From the NCBI RefSeq assembly GCF_036321535.1, contig NC_087436.1, positions 2,666,001 to 2,730,000 of the forward strand: 64,000 bases of DNA. The letters run 5' to 3'. Both the position numbers and the translations under genes were made by a program. The DNA comes from Camelus dromedarius. Taxonomy: Eukaryota. Positions 38,501 through 53,500 of this stretch are shown here, piece after piece (positions within the stretch are counted from its first letter, which is position 1; every line of letters begins with the position of its first letter). The notes below the pieces were generated by a model. The model was not told the DNA's origin, did no database searches, and worked only from the letters and a program-made list of their open reading frames with translations.

Positions 38501-41500
38501 GTGCCGGTTTGAAGTTCCTGCAGTTTTCACTGTAAAAGCGAGTTGGAGCTAGTACTTCCCCATATATATGTATGGAGTGGAGTTTGCAACTGAAAAGAAA
38601 CTTTGTGTTCCCAACAAGCTAGCTGAAGGACGGCTTTCACACACACTTATCTCTCAGAACTGAGCATGTGGAGTGAGGTTGGTTCATCTAGCACAAGGGG
38701 AACGGGGTGCAGGATAAACTATTACTCTGGTTTCTCAGTCTGTTTACTAGTGCCGGTTTGAAGTTCCTGCAGTTTTCACTGTAAAACCGATTTGGAGCTA
38801 GTACCTCCCCATATATATGTATGGAGTGGAGTTTGCAACTGAAAAGAAACTTTGTGTTCTAAACAAGCTAGGTGAAGGACGGCTTTCACACACACTAATC
38901 TCTCAGAACTGAGCATGTGGAGAGACGATCGTTCATTTAGTCAAAGGGAACGGGTTGCATTAGAAACTTTTACTCTGTTTTCTCAGTCTGTTTCTTAGTG
39001 CCGATTTGAAGTTCCTGCATTTTTCACTGTAAAACCGAGTTTGAGCTAGTACCTCCCCTTATATATGTATGGAGTGGAATTTGCAACTGAAAAGAAACAT
39101 TGTGTTCCCAACACCTAGGTGAAGGACGGCTTTCACAATCACTTATCTCTCAGAACTGAGCATGTGGAGAGACGTTCGGTCATCTAGCACAAAGGGAACT
39201 GTTTGCAGGAGAAACTTTTTCTCTGGTTTCTCAGACTGTTTCCGAGTGCCGGTTTGAAATTCCTGCAATTTTCACTGTAAAACCGAGTTGGAGCTAGTAC
39301 CTACCCATATATATGTATGGAGTGGAGTTTGCAACTGAAAAGAAACTTTGTGTTCCCAACAAGCTAGGTGAAGGGCGGCTTTTACACACACTTATCTCTC
39401 AGAACTGAGCATGTGTAGAGACGTTCGTTCATCTAGCACAAATGGAACGGGTTGCAAGAGAAACTTTTTCTCTGGTTTCTCAGTTTGTTTCCTAGTGCCG
39501 GGTTGAAGTTCCTGCAATTTTCACTGTAAAACCGAGTTGGAGTTAGTACCACCCCATATATATGTATGGAGCGGAGTTTGCAACTGAAAAGAAACTTTGT
39601 GTTCCCAACAAGGTAGTTGAAGGACGGCTTTCACACACAATTATCTCTCAGAACTGAGCATGTGGAGAGACGTTCGTTCATCTAGCACAAAGCTAACTGG
39701 TTGCAGGAGAAACTTTTACTCATTTTTCTCAGTCTGTTTCCTAGTGCCGGTTTGAAGTTCCTGCAGTTTTCACTGTAAAACCGAGTTGGAGCTAGTACCT
39801 CGCCATATATATGTATGGAGTGGAGTTTGCAACTGAAAAGAAACTTTGTGTTCCCAACAAGCTAGGTGAATTTCGGCTTTCACACACAATTATATCTCAG
39901 AACTGAGAATGTGGAGAGACGTTCGTTCTTCTAGCACAAAGGGAACGGGTTGAAGGAGAAACTATTTCTCTGGTTTCTCAGTCTGTTTCCTAGTGCCAGT
40001 TTGAAGTTCCTGTAGTTTTCACTGTAAAACCGAGTTGGAGCTACTTCCTCCCCATATATATTTATGGAGTGGAGTTTGCAACTGAAAGGAACTTTGTGTT
40101 CCCAAGAAGCTAGGTGAAGGACGGCTATCACACACACTTATCTATCAGAACTGAGCATTTGGAGAGACTTTCGTTCATCTAGCACAAAGGGAACGGGTTG
40201 CAGTAGAAACTTTTACTCTGGTTTCTCAGTCTGTTTCCTAGTGCCGGTTTGAAGTTCCTGCAGTTTTCACTGTAAAAGCGAGTTGGAGCTAGTACTTCCC
40301 CATATATATGTATGGAGTGGAGTTTGCAACTGAAAAGAAACTTTGTGTTCCCAACAAGCTAGGTGAAGGACGGCTTTCACACACACTTATCTCTCAGAAT
40401 TGAGCATGTGGAGAGACGTTCGTTCATCTAGCACAAAGTGAACGGGTTGAAGGAGAAACTATTTCTCTGGTTTCTCAGTCTGTTTAATGTTGCCGGTTTA
40501 AAGTTCCTGCAGTTATCACTGTAAAACCGAGTTGGAGCTACTACCTCCCCATATATATGTAAGGAGTGGAGTTTGAAACTGAAAGGAACTTTGTGTTCCC
40601 AAGAAGCTAGGTGAAGGACGGCTTTCACACCCACTAATCTCTCAGAACTGAGCATGTGGAGAGACGTTCATTCATCTAGCATAAAGGGAATGGGTTGCGG
40701 TAGAAAATTTGACTCTGGTTTCTCAGTGTGTTTCCTAGTGCCGGTTTGAAGTTCCTGCAATTTTCACTGTAAAACCGAGTTGGAGCTAGTACCTACCCAA
40801 CAATATGTATGGAGTGGAGTTGGCAAGTGAAAAGAATCTTTGTGTTCCCAACAAGCTAGGTGAAGGACGGCTTTCACACACACTTATCTCTCAGAACTGA
40901 GCATGTGGAGTGAGGTTGGTTCATCTAGCACAAGGGGAACGGGGTGCAGGATAAACTTTTACTCTGGTTTCTCAGTCTGTTTACTAGTGCCGGTTTGAAG
41001 TTCCTGCAGTTTTCACTGTAAAACCGAGTTTGAGCTTGTACCTCCCCTTATATATGTATGGAGTGGAATTTGCAACTGAAAAGAAACATTGTGTTCCCAA
41101 CACCTAGGTGAAGGGCGGCTTTCACAATCACTTATCTCTCAGAACTGAGCATGTGGAGAGACGTTCGTTCATCTAGCACAAAGGGAACTGTTTGCAGGAG
41201 AAACTTTTTCTCTGGTTTCTCAGTCTGTTTCCTAGTGCCGGTTTGAAATTCCTGCAATTTTCACTGTAAAACCGAGTTGGAGCTAGTACCTACCCATATA
41301 TATGTATGGAGTGGAGTTTGCAACTGAAAAGAAACTTTGTGTTCCCAACAAGCTAGGTGAAGGGCGGCTTTTACACACACTTATCTCTCAGAACTGAGCA
41401 TGTGGAGAGACGTTCGTTCATCTAGCACAAATGGAACTGTTTGCAGGAGAAACTTTTTCTCTGGTTTCTCAGTCTGTTTCCTAGTGCCGGTTTGAAATTC

Positions 41501-44500
41501 CTGCAATTTTCACTGTAAAACCGAGTTGGAGTTAGTACCACCCCATATATATGTATGGAGCGCAGTTTGCAACTGAAAAGAAACTTTGTGTTCCCAACAA
41601 GGTAGTTGAAGGACGGCTTTCACACACAATTATCTCTCAGAACTGAGCATGTGGAGAGACGTTCGTTCATCTAGCACAAAGCTAACTGGTTGCAGGAGAA
41701 ACTTTTACTCATTTTTCTCAGTCTGTTTCTTAGTGCCTGTTTGAAGTTCCTGCAGTTTTCACTGTAAAACCGAGTTGGAGCTAGAACCTCGCCATATATA
41801 TGTATGGAGTGGAGTTTGCAAGTGAAAAGAAACTTTGTGTTCCCAACAAGCTAGGTGAATTTCGGCTTTCACACACAATTATATCTCAGAACTGAGAATG
41901 TGGAGAGACTTTCGTTCATCTAGCACAAAGGGAACGGGTTGAAGGAGAAACTTTTTCTCTGGTTTCTCAGTCTGTTTCCTAGTGCCGGTTTGAAGTTCCT
42001 GTAGTTTTCACTGTAAAACCGAGTTGGAGCTACTTCCTCCCCATATATATGTATGGAGTGGAGTTTGCAACTGAAAGGAACTTTGTGTTCCCAAGAAGCT
42101 AGGTGAAGGACGGCTATCACACACACTTATCTATCAGAACTGAGCATGTGGTGAGACTTTCGTTCATCTAGCACAAAGGGAACGGGTTGCATGAGAAACT
42201 TTTACTCTGGTTTCTCAGTCTGTTTCCTAGTGCCGGTTTGAAGTTCCTGCAGTTTTCACTGTAAAAGCGAGTTGGAGCTAATACTTCCCCATATATATGT
42301 ATGGAGTGGAGTTTGCAACTGAAAAGAAACTTTGTGTTCCCCACAAGCTAGGTGAAGGACGGCTTTCACACACACTTATCTCTCAGAATTGAGCATGTGG
42401 AGAGACGTTCGTTCATCTAGCACAAAGTGAACGGGTTGAAGGAGAAACTATTTCTCTGGTTTCTCAGTCTGTTTAATGTTGCCGGTTTAAAGTTCCTGCA
42501 GTTATCACTGTAAAACCGAGTTGGAGCAACTACCTCCCCATATATATGTATGGAGTGGAGTTTGCAACTGAAAGAAACTTTGTGTTCCTAAGAAGCTAGT
42601 TGAAGGACGACTTTCACACACACTTATCTCTCAGAACTGAGCATGTGGAGAGACGTTCGTTCATCTTGCACAAAGCGATCGGGTTGCAGGAGAAACTTTT
42701 ACTCTGGTTTCTCAGTCTGTTTCCTAGTGCCGGTTAGAAGTTCCTGCAGTTTTCACTGTAAAACCGAGTTGGAGCTAGAAACTCCCCATATATATGTATG
42801 GAGTGGAGTTTGCAACTGAAAAGAAACTTTGTGTTCCCAACAAGCTAGCTGAAGGACGGCTTTCACACACACTTATCTCTCAGAACTGAGCATGTGGAGT
42901 GAGGTTGGTTCATCTAGCACAAGGGGAACGGGGTGCAGGATAAACTTTTACTCTGGTTTCTCAGTCTGTTTACTAGTGCCGGTTTGAAGTTCCTGCAGTT
43001 TTCACTGTAAAACCGATTTGGAGCTAGTACCTCCCCATATATATGTATGGAGTGGAGTTTGCAACTGAAAAGAAACTTTGTGTTCTAAACAAGCTAGGTG
43101 AAGGACGGCTTTCACACACACTTATCTCTCAGAACTGAGCATGTGGAGAGACGATCGTTCATCTAGTCAAAGGGAACGGGTTGCATTAGAAACTTTTACT
43201 CTGGTTTCTCAGTCTGTTTCCTAGTGCCGATTTGAAGTTCCTGCATTTTTCACTGTAAAACCGAGTTTGAGCTAGTACCTCCCCTTATATATGTATGGAG
43301 TGGAATTTGCAACTGAAAAGAAACATTGTGTTCCCAACACCTAGGTGAAGGACGGCTTTCACAATCACTTATCTCTCAGAACTGAGCATGTGGAGAGACG
43401 TTCGTTCATCTAGCACAAAGGGAACTGTTTGCAGGAGAAACTTTTACTCTGGTTTCTCAGTCTGTTTCCTAGTGCCGGTTTGAAATTCCTGCAATTTTCA
43501 CTGTAAAACCGAGTTGGAGCTAGTACCTACCCATATATATGTATGGAGTGGATTTTGCAACTGAAAAGAAACTTTGTGTTCCCAACAAGCTAGGTGAAGG
43601 GCGGCTTTTACACACACTTATCTCTCAGAACTGAGCATGTGTAGAGACGTTCGTTCATCTAGCACAAATGGAACGGGTTGCAGGAGAAACTTTTTCTCTG
43701 GTTTCTCAGTTTGTTTCCTAGTGCCGGTTTGAAGTTCCTGCAATTTTCACTGTAAAACCGAGTTGGAGTTAGTACCACCCCATATATATGTATGGAGCGG
43801 AGTTTGCAACTGAAAAGAAACTTTGTGTTCCCAACAAGGTAGTTGAAGGACGGCTTTCACACACAATTATCTCTCAGAACTGAGCATGTGGAGAGACGTT
43901 CGTTCATCTAGCACAAAGCTAACTGGTTGCAGGAGAAACTTTTACTCATTTTTCTCAGTCTGTTTCCTAGTGCCGGTTTGAAGTTCCTGCAGTTTTCACT
44001 GTAAAACAGAGTTGGAGCTAGTACCTCGCCATATATATGTATGGAGTGGAGTTTGCAACTGAAAAGAAACTTTGTGTTCCCAACAAGCTAGGTGAATTTC
44101 GGCTTTCACACACAATTATATCTCAGAACTGAGAATATGGAGAGAAGTTCGTTCATCTAGCACAAAGGGAACGGGATGCAGGAGAAACTTTTTCTCTGGT
44201 TTCTCAGTTTGTTTCCTAGTGCCAGTTTGAAGTTCCTGTAGTTTTCACTGTAAAACCGAGTTGGAGCTACTTCCTCCCCATATATATGTATGGAGTGGAG
44301 TTTGCAACTGAAAGGAACTTTGTGTTCCCAAGAAGCTAGGTGAAGGACGGCTATCACACACACTTATCTATCAGAACTGAGCATTTGGAGAGACTTTCGT
44401 TCATCTAGCACAAAGGGAACGGGTTGCAGGAGAAACTTTTACTCTGGTTTCTCAGTCTGTTTCCTAGTGCCGGTTTGAAGTTCCTGCAGTTTTCACTGTA

Positions 44501-47500
44501 AAACCGAGTTGGAGCTAGAAACTCCCCATATATATGTATGGAGTGGAGTTTGCAACTGAAAAGAAACTTTGTGTTCCCAACAAGCTAGCTGAAGTACGGC
44601 TTTCACACACACTTATCTCTCAGAACTGAGCATGTGGAGAGACTTTCGTTCATCTAGCACAAAGGGAACGGGTTGAAGGAGAAACTTTTCCTCTGGTTTC
44701 TCAGTCTGTTTAACGTTGCCGGTTTAAAGTTCCTGCAGTTTTCACTGTAAAACCGAGTTGGAGCTACTACCTCCCCATATATATGTAAGGAGTGGAGTTT
44801 GAAACTGAAAGGAACTTTGTGTTCCCAAGAAGCTAGGTGAAGGACGGCTTTCACACACACTTATCTCTCAGAACTGAGAATGTGGAGAGACTTTCGTTCA
44901 TCTAGCAGAAAGGGAACGGGTTGCAGGAAAAACTTTTACTCTGGTTTGTCATTCTGTTTCCTAGTGCCGGTTGAAGTTCCTGCAGTTTTCACTGTAAAAC
45001 CGAGTTGGAGCTAGTTCCTCCCCATATTTATGTATGGAGTGGAATTTGCAAATGAAAAGAAACTTTGTGTTCCCAACCAGCTAAGTGTAGGACGGCTTTC
45101 ACACACACTTATCTCTCAGAACTGAGCATGTGGAGAGACGTTCGTTCATCTAGCACAAAGGAACGGGTTGCAGGAGAAACTTTTACTCTGGTTTCTCACT
45201 CTGTTTCCTAGAGACGGTTTGAAGTTCCTGCAATTTTCACTGTAAAACAGATTTGGAGCTTGTACCTCCCCATATATATGTATGGAGTGGAGTTTGCAAC
45301 TGAAAAGAAACTTTGTGTTCCCAACAAGCTAGTTGAAGGACGGCTTTCACACACACTAATCCCTCAGAACTGAGCATGTGGAGAGACGTTCATTCATCTA
45401 GCATAAAGGGAATGGGTTGCGGTAGAAAATTTGACTCTGGTTTCTCAGTGTGTTTCCTAGTGCCGGTTTGAAGTTCCTGCAATTTTCACTGTAAAACCGA
45501 GTTGGAGCTAGTACCTACCCAACAATATGTATGGAGTGGAGTTGGCAAGTGAAAAGAATCTTTGTGTTCCCAACAAGCTAGGTGAAGGACGGCTTTCACA
45601 CACACTTATCTCTCAGAACTGAGCATGTGGAGTGAGGTTGGTTCATCTAGCACAAGGGGAACGGGGTGCAGGATAAACTTTTACTCTGGTTTCTCAGTCT
45701 GTTTACTAGTGCCGGTTTGAAGTTCCTGCAGTTTTCACTGTAAAACCGATTTGGAGCTAGTACCTCCCCATATATATGTATGGAGTGGAGTTTGCAACTG
45801 AAAAGAAACTTTGTGTTCTAAACAAGCTAGGTGAAGGACGGCTTTCACACACACTTATCTCTCAGAACTGAGCATGTGGAGAGACGATCGTTCATCTAGT
45901 CAAAGGGAACGGGTTGCATTAGAAACTTTTACTCTGGTTTCTCAGTCTGTTTCCTAGTGCCGATTTGAAGTTCCTGCATTTTTCACTGTAAAACCGAGTT
46001 TGAGCTAGTACCTCCCCTTATATATGTATGGAGTGGAATTTGCAACTGAAAAGAAACATTGTGTTCCCAACACCTAGGTGAAGGACGGCATTCACAGTCA
46101 CTTATCTCTCAGAACTGAGCATGTGGAGAGACGTTCGTTCATCTAGCACAAAGGGAACTGTTTGCAGGAGCAACTTTTTCTCTGGTTTCTCAGTCTGTTT
46201 CCTAGTGCCGGTTTGAAATTCCTGCAATTTTCACTGTAAAACCGAGTTGGAGCTAGTACCTACCCATATATATGTATGGAGAGGAGTTTGCAACTGAAAA
46301 GAAACTTTGTGTTCCCAACAAGCTAGGTGAAGGGCGGCTTTACCACACACTTATCTCTCAGAAATGAGCATGTGGAGAGACGTTCGTTCATCTAGCACAA
46401 ATGGAACGGGTTGCAAGAGAAACTATTTCTCTGGTTTCTCAGTTTGCTTCCTAGTGCCGGTTTGAAGTTCCTGCAATTTTCACTGTAAAACCGAGTTGGG
46501 GTTAGTACCACCCCATATATATGTATGGAGCGGAGTTTGCAACTGAAAAGAAACTTTGTGTTCCCAACAAGGTAGTTGAAGAACGGCTTTCACACACAAT
46601 TATCTCTAAGAACTGAGCATGTGGAGAGACGTTCGTTCATCTAGCACAAAGCTAACTGGTTGCAGGAGAAACTTTTACTCATTATTCTCAGTCTGTTTCC
46701 TAGTGCCGGTTTGAAGTTCCTGCAGTTTTCACTGTAAAACCGAGTTGGAGCTACTTCCTCCCCATATATATGTATGGAGTGGAGTTTGCAACTGAAAAGA
46801 AACTTTGTGTTCCCAACAAGCTAGGTGAATTTCGGCTTTCACACACAATTATATCTCAGAACTGAGAATGTGGAGAGACGTCCGTTCATCTAGCACAAAG
46901 GGAACGGGTTGAAGGAGAAACTTTTTCTCTGGTTTCTCAGTCTGTTTCCTAGTGCCAGTTTGAAGTTCCTGTAGTTTTCACTGTAAAACCGAGTTGGAGC
47001 TACTTCCTCCCCATATATATGTATGGAGTGGAGTTTGCAACTGAAAGGAACTTTGTGTTCCCAAGAAGCTAGGTGAAGGACGGCTTTCACACACACTTAT
47101 CTCTCAGAACTGAGCATGTGGTGAAACGTTCGTTCATCTTGCACAAAGGGAACGGGTTGCAGGAGAAACTTTTACTCTGGTTTCTCAGTCTGTTTCCTAG
47201 TGCCGGTTTGAATTTCCTGCAGTTTTCACTGTAAAACCGAGTTGGAGCTAGTTCCTCCCCATATTTATGTATGGAGTGGAATTTGCAAATGAAAAGAAAC
47301 TTTGTGTTCCCAACCAGCTAAGTGTAGGACGGCTTTCACACACACTTATCTCTCAGAACTGAGCATGTGGAGAGACGTTCGTTCATCTAGCACAAAGGAA
47401 CGGGTTGCTGGAGAAACTTTTACTCTGGTTTCTCACTCTGTTTCCTAGAGACGGTTTGAAGTTCCTGCAATTTTCACTGTAAAACAGATTTGGAGCTAGT

Positions 47501-50500
47501 ACCTCCCCATATATATGTATGGTGTGGAGTTTGCAAATGAAAAGAAACTTTGTGTTCCCAACAAGCTAGGTGAAGGACGGCTTTCACACACACTTATCTC
47601 TCAGAACTGAGCATGTGGAGAAACGTTCGTTCATCTTGCACAAAGGGAACGGGTTGCAGGAGAAACTTTTACTCTGGTTTCTCAGTCTGTTTCCTAGTGC
47701 CGGTTTGAATTTCCTGCAGTTTTCACTGTAAAACCGAGTTGGAGCTAGTTCCTCCCCATATTTATGTATGGAGTGGAATTTGCAAATGAAAAGAAACTTT
47801 GTGTTCCCAACCAGCTAAGTGTAGGACGGCTTTCACACACACTTATCTCTCAGAACTGAGCATGTGGAGAGACGTTCGTTCATCTAGCACAAAGGAACGG
47901 GTTGCTGGAGAAACTTTTACTCTGGTTTCTCACTCTGTTTCCTAGAGACGGTTTGAAGTTCCTGCAATTTTCACTGTAAAACAGATTTGGAGCTAGTACC
48001 TCCCCATATATATGTATGGTGTGGAGTTTGCAACTGAAAAGAAACTTTGTGTTCCCAACAAGCTAGGTGAAGGACGGCTTTCACACACACTAATCTCTCA
48101 GAACTGAGCATGTGGAGAGACGTTCATTCATCTAGCATAAAGGGAATGGGTTGCGGTAGAAAATTTGACTCTGGTTTCTCAGTGTGTTTCCTAGTGCCGG
48201 TTTGAAGTTCCTGCAATTTTCACTGTAAAACCGAGTTGGAGCTAGAACCTACCCAACAATATGTATGGAGTGGTGTTGGCAAGTTAAAAGAATCTTTGTG
48301 TTCCCAACAAGCTAGGTGAATTACGGCTTTCACACACACTTATCTCTCAGAACTGAGCATGTGGAGTGAGGTTGGTTCATCTAGCACAAGGGGAACGGGG
48401 TGCAGGATAAACTTTTACTCTGGTTTCTCAGTCTGTTTACTAGTGCCGGTTTGAAGTTCCTGCAGTTTTCACTGTAAAACCGAGTTTGAGCTAGTAACTC
48501 CCCTTATATATGTATGGAGTGGAATTTGCAACTGAAAAGAAACTTTGTGTTCTAAACAAGCTAGGTGAAGGACAGCTTTCACACACACTTATCTCTCAGA
48601 ACTGAGCATGTGGAGAGACGATCGTTCATCTAGTCAAAGGGAACGGGTTGCATTAGAAACTTTTACTCTGGTTTCTCAGTCTGTTTCCTAGTGCCGATTT
48701 GAAGTTCCTGCATATTTCACTGTAAAACCGAGTTTGAGCTAGTAACTCCCCTTATATATGTATGGAGTGGAATTTGCAACTGAAAAGAAACGTTGTGTTC
48801 CCAACACCTAGGTGAAGGACGGCTTTCACAATCACTTATCTCTCAGAACTGAGCATGTGGAGAGACGTTCGTTCATCTAGCACAAAGGGAACTGTTTGCA
48901 GGAGAAACTTTTCTCTGTTTTCTCAGTCTGTTTCCTAGTGCCGGTTTGAAATTCCTGCAATTTTCACTGTAAAACCGAGTTGGAGCTAGTACCTACCCAT
49001 ATATATGTATGGAGTGGAGTTTGCAACTGAAAAGAAACTTTGTGTTCCCAACAAGCTAGGTGAAGGGCGGCTTTTACACACACTTATCTCTCAGAAATGA
49101 GCATGTGTAGAGACGTTCGTTCATCTAGCACAAATGGAACGGGTTGCAGGAGAAACTTTTTCTCTGGTTTCTCAGTTTGTTTCCTAGTGCCGGTTTGAAG
49201 TTCCTGCAATTTTCACTGTAAAACCGAGTTGGAGTTAGTACCACCCCATATATATGTATGGAGCGGAGTTTGCAACTGAAAAGAAACTTTGTGTTCCCAA
49301 CAAGGTAGTTGAAGGACGGCTTTCACACACAATTATCTCTCAGAACTGAGCATGTGGAGAGACGTTCGTTCATCTAGCACAAAGCTAACTGGTTGCAGGA
49401 GAAACTTTTACTCATTTTTCTCAGTCTGTTTCCTAGTGCCGGTTTGAAGTTCCTGCAGTTTTCACTGTAAAACCGAGTTGGAGCTAGTACCTCGCCACAT
49501 ATATGTATGGAGAGGAGTTTGCAACTGAAAAGAAACTTTGTGTTCCCAACAAGCTAGGTGAATTTCGGCTTTCACACACAATTATATCTCAGAACTGAGA
49601 ATGTGGAGAGACGTTCGTTCATCTAGCACAAAGGGAACGGGTTGAAGGGGAAACATTTTCTCTGGTTTCTCAGTCTGTTTCCTAGTGCCAGTTTGAAGTT
49701 CCTGTAGTTTTCACTGTAAAACCGAGTTGGAGCTACTTCCTCCCCATATATATGTATGGAGTGGAGTTTGCAACTGAAAGGAACTTTGTGTTCCCAAGAA
49801 GCTAGGTGAAGTACGGCTATCACACACACTTATCTATCAGAACTGAGCATGTGGAGAGACTTTCGTTCATCTAGCACAAAGGGAACGGGTTGCAGGGGAA
49901 ACTTTTACTCTGGTTTCTCAGTCTGTTTAACGTTGCCGGTTTAAAGTTCCTGCAGTTTTCACTGTAAAACCGAGTTGGAGCTACTACCTCCCCATATATA
50001 CGTAAGGAGTGGAGTTTGAAACTGAAAGGAACTTTGTGTTCCCAAGAAGCTAGGTGAAGGACGGCTTTCACACACACTTATCTCTCAGAACTGAGCATGT
50101 GGAGAGACTTTCGTTCATCTAGCAGAAAGGGAACGGGTTGCAGGAGAAACTTTTACTCTGGTTTGTCATTCTGTTTCCTAGTGCCGGTTTGAAGTTCCTG
50201 CAGTTTTCACTGTAAAACCGAGTTGGAGCTAGTACCTCCCCATATATATGTATGGAGTGGAGTTTGCAACTGAAAAGAAACTTTGTGTTCCCAAAAATCT
50301 AGGTGAAGGACGGCTTTCACACACACTTATATCTCAGAACTGAGCATGTGGAGAGACATTCGTTCATCTAGCACAATGGGAACGGGTTGCAGTAGAAACT
50401 TTTAATCATTTTTCTCAGTCTGTTTCCTAGTGCTGGATTGAAGTTCCTGCAGTTTTCACTGTAAAGCATAGTTGGAGCTAGTACCTCCCCATATAAATGT

Positions 50501-53500
50501 ATGGATTGGAATTTGCAAATGAAAAGAAAGTTTGTGTTCCCATCAAGCTAGGTGAAGGACGGCTTTCACACACAATTATCTCTCAGAACTGAGCATGTGG
50601 TGAGACGTTCGTTCATCTAGCACAAAGGGAACGGGTTGAAGGAGAAATTTTTCTCTGGTTTCTCAGTCTGTTTAATGTTGCCGGTTTAAAGTTCCTGCAG
50701 TTTTCACTGTAAAACCGAGTTGGAGCTACTACCTCCCCATATATATGTATGGAGTGGAGTTTGCAACTGAAAGGAACTTTGTGTTCCCAAGAAGCTAGGT
50801 GAAGGACGGCTTTCACACACACATATCTCTCAGAACTGAGCATGGGGAGAGACGTTCGTTCATCTAGCACAAAGGGAACGGATTGCAGGAGAAACTTTTA
50901 CTCTGGTTTCTCAGTCTGTTTCCTAGTACCGGTTTGAAGTTCCTTCAGTTTTCACTGTAAAACCGAGTTGGGGCTAGTACCTCCCCATATATATGTATGG
51001 AGTGGAGTTTGAAACTGAAAAGAAACTTTGTGTTCCCAACAAGCTAGGTGAAGTACGGCTTTCACACTCAATTATCTCTAAGAACTGAGCATGTGGAGAG
51101 ACGTTCATTCATCTAGCACAAAGCTAACGGGTTGCAGGGGAAACTATTACTCATTTTTCTCAGTCTGTTTCCAAGTGCTGGTTTGAAGTTCCTGCAGTTT
51201 TCACTATAAAACCGAGTTGGAGCTAGTACCTCCCTATATATATGTATGGAGTGGAATTTGCAAATGAATAGAAACTTTGTGTTCCCAACAAGCTAGGTGA
51301 AGGATGGCTTTCACACACACTTTTCTCTCAGAACTGAGCATGTGGAGAGACGTTCGTTCATCTAGCACAAAGGGAACGGGATGCAGGAGAAACTTTTACT
51401 CTGGATTCTCAGTTTGTTTCCTGGTGCCGGTTTGAAGTTCCTGCAGTTTTCACTGTAAAACCGATTTGGAGCTAGAAAATCCCCATATATATGTATGGAG
51501 TGGAGTTTGCAACTGAAAATAAACTTTGTGTTCCCAACAAGCTATGTGAAGGACGGCTTTCACACACAATTATCTCTCAGAACTGAGCATGTGGAGAGAC
51601 GTTCGTTCATCTAGCACAAAGGGAACGGGTTGCAGGAGAAACTTTTACTCTGTTTTCTCAGTCTGTTTCCTAGTGCCGGTTTGAAGTTCCTGCAGTTTTC
51701 ACTGTAAAACCGATTTGGGGCTAGTACCTCCCCATATATTTGTATGGAGTGGAGTTTGCAACTGAAAAGAAACTTTGTGTTTCCAACAAGATAGGTGAAG
51801 TACGGCTTTCACACACACTTAACTCTCAGAACTAAGCATGTGAAGAGAATTTCGTTCATCTAGCACAAAGGGAACGGGTTGAAGGAGAAACTTTTCCTCT
51901 GGTTTCTCAGTCTGTTTAAAGTTGCCGGTTTAAAGTTCCTGCAGTTTTCACTGTAAAACCGAGTTGGAGCTTCTACCTCCCCATATATATGTATGGAGTG
52001 GAGTTTGCAACTGAAAGGAACATTGTCTTCCCAAGAAGCTACGTGAAGGACGGCTTTCACACACACTTATATCTCAGAACTGAGCATGTGGAGAGACCTT
52101 CGTTCATCTAACACAAAGGGAACGGGTTGCAGGAGAAACTCTTACTCTGGTTTCTCAGTATGTTTCCTAGTGCCGGTTTGAAGTTCCTGCAGTTTTCACT
52201 GTAAAACCGAGTTGGAGCTAGTACCTCCCCATATATATGTATGGAGTGGAGTTTGCAACTGAAAAGAAACTTTCTGTTCCCAAAAAGCTAGGTGAAGGAC
52301 GGCTTTCACACACACTTATCTCTCAGAACTGAGCATGTGGAGAGACTTTCGTTCATCTAGCACAAAGGGAACGGGTTGCAGGAGAAACTTTTACTCATTA
52401 TTCTCAGTCGTTTCCTAGTGCCGGTTTGAAGTTACTGCAGTTTTCACTGTAAAAACGAGTTGGAGCTAGTACCTCCCCATAAATATGTATGGAGTGGAGT
52501 TTACAAGTGAAAAGAAACTTTGAGTTCCCAACAAGCTAGTTGAAGGATGGCTTTCACACACACTTATCTCTCAGAACTGAGCATGTGGAGAGACGTTCGT
52601 TCATCTAGCACAAAGGGAACGGGTTGAAGGAGAAACTTTTTCTCTGGTTTCACAGTCTGTTTAATGTTTCCGGTTTAAAGTTCCTGCAGTTTTCACTGTA
52701 AAACCGAGTTGGAGCTAGTACCTCCCCATATATATGTATGGAGTGGAGTTTGCAACTGAAAGGAACTTTGTGTTCCCAAGAAGCTAGGTGAAGGACGGCT
52801 TTCACACACACTTATCTCTCAGAACTGAGCATGTGGAGTGACTTTCGTTCATCTAGCACAATGGGAACATGTTGCAGGAGAAATTTTTACTCTGGTTTCT
52901 CAGTCTGTTTCCTAGTGCCGGTTTGAAGTTCCTGCAGTTTTCACTGTAAAACCGAGTTGCAGATAGTACCTCCCCATATATATGTATGGAGTGGAGTTTG
53001 CAACTGAAAATAATCTTTGTGTTCCCAAAAAGCAAGGTAAAGGACGGCTTTCAAACACACTTATCCCTCAGAACTGAGCATGTGGAAATACGTTCGTTCA
53101 TCTAGCACAGAGGGATCGGGTTGCAGGAGAAACTTTTAATCATTTTTCTCAGTCTGTTTCCTAGTGCTGGATTGAAGTTCCTGCAGTTTTCACTGTAAAA
53201 CCGAGTTGCAGATAGTACCTCCCCATATATATGTATGGAGTGGAGTTTGCAACTGAAAATAATCTTTGTATTCCCAAGAAGCTAGGTGAAGGACGGCTTT
53301 CACACACACTTATCTCTCAGAACTGAGCATGTGGAGAGACTTTCGTTCATCTAGCAGAAAGGGAACGGGTTGCAGGAGAAACTATTACTCTGGTTTGTCA
53401 TTCTGTTTCCTAGTGCCGGTTTGAAGTTCCTGCAGTTTTCACTGTAAAAGAGAGTTGGGGCTAGTACCTCCCCATATATATGTATGGAATGGAGTTTGCA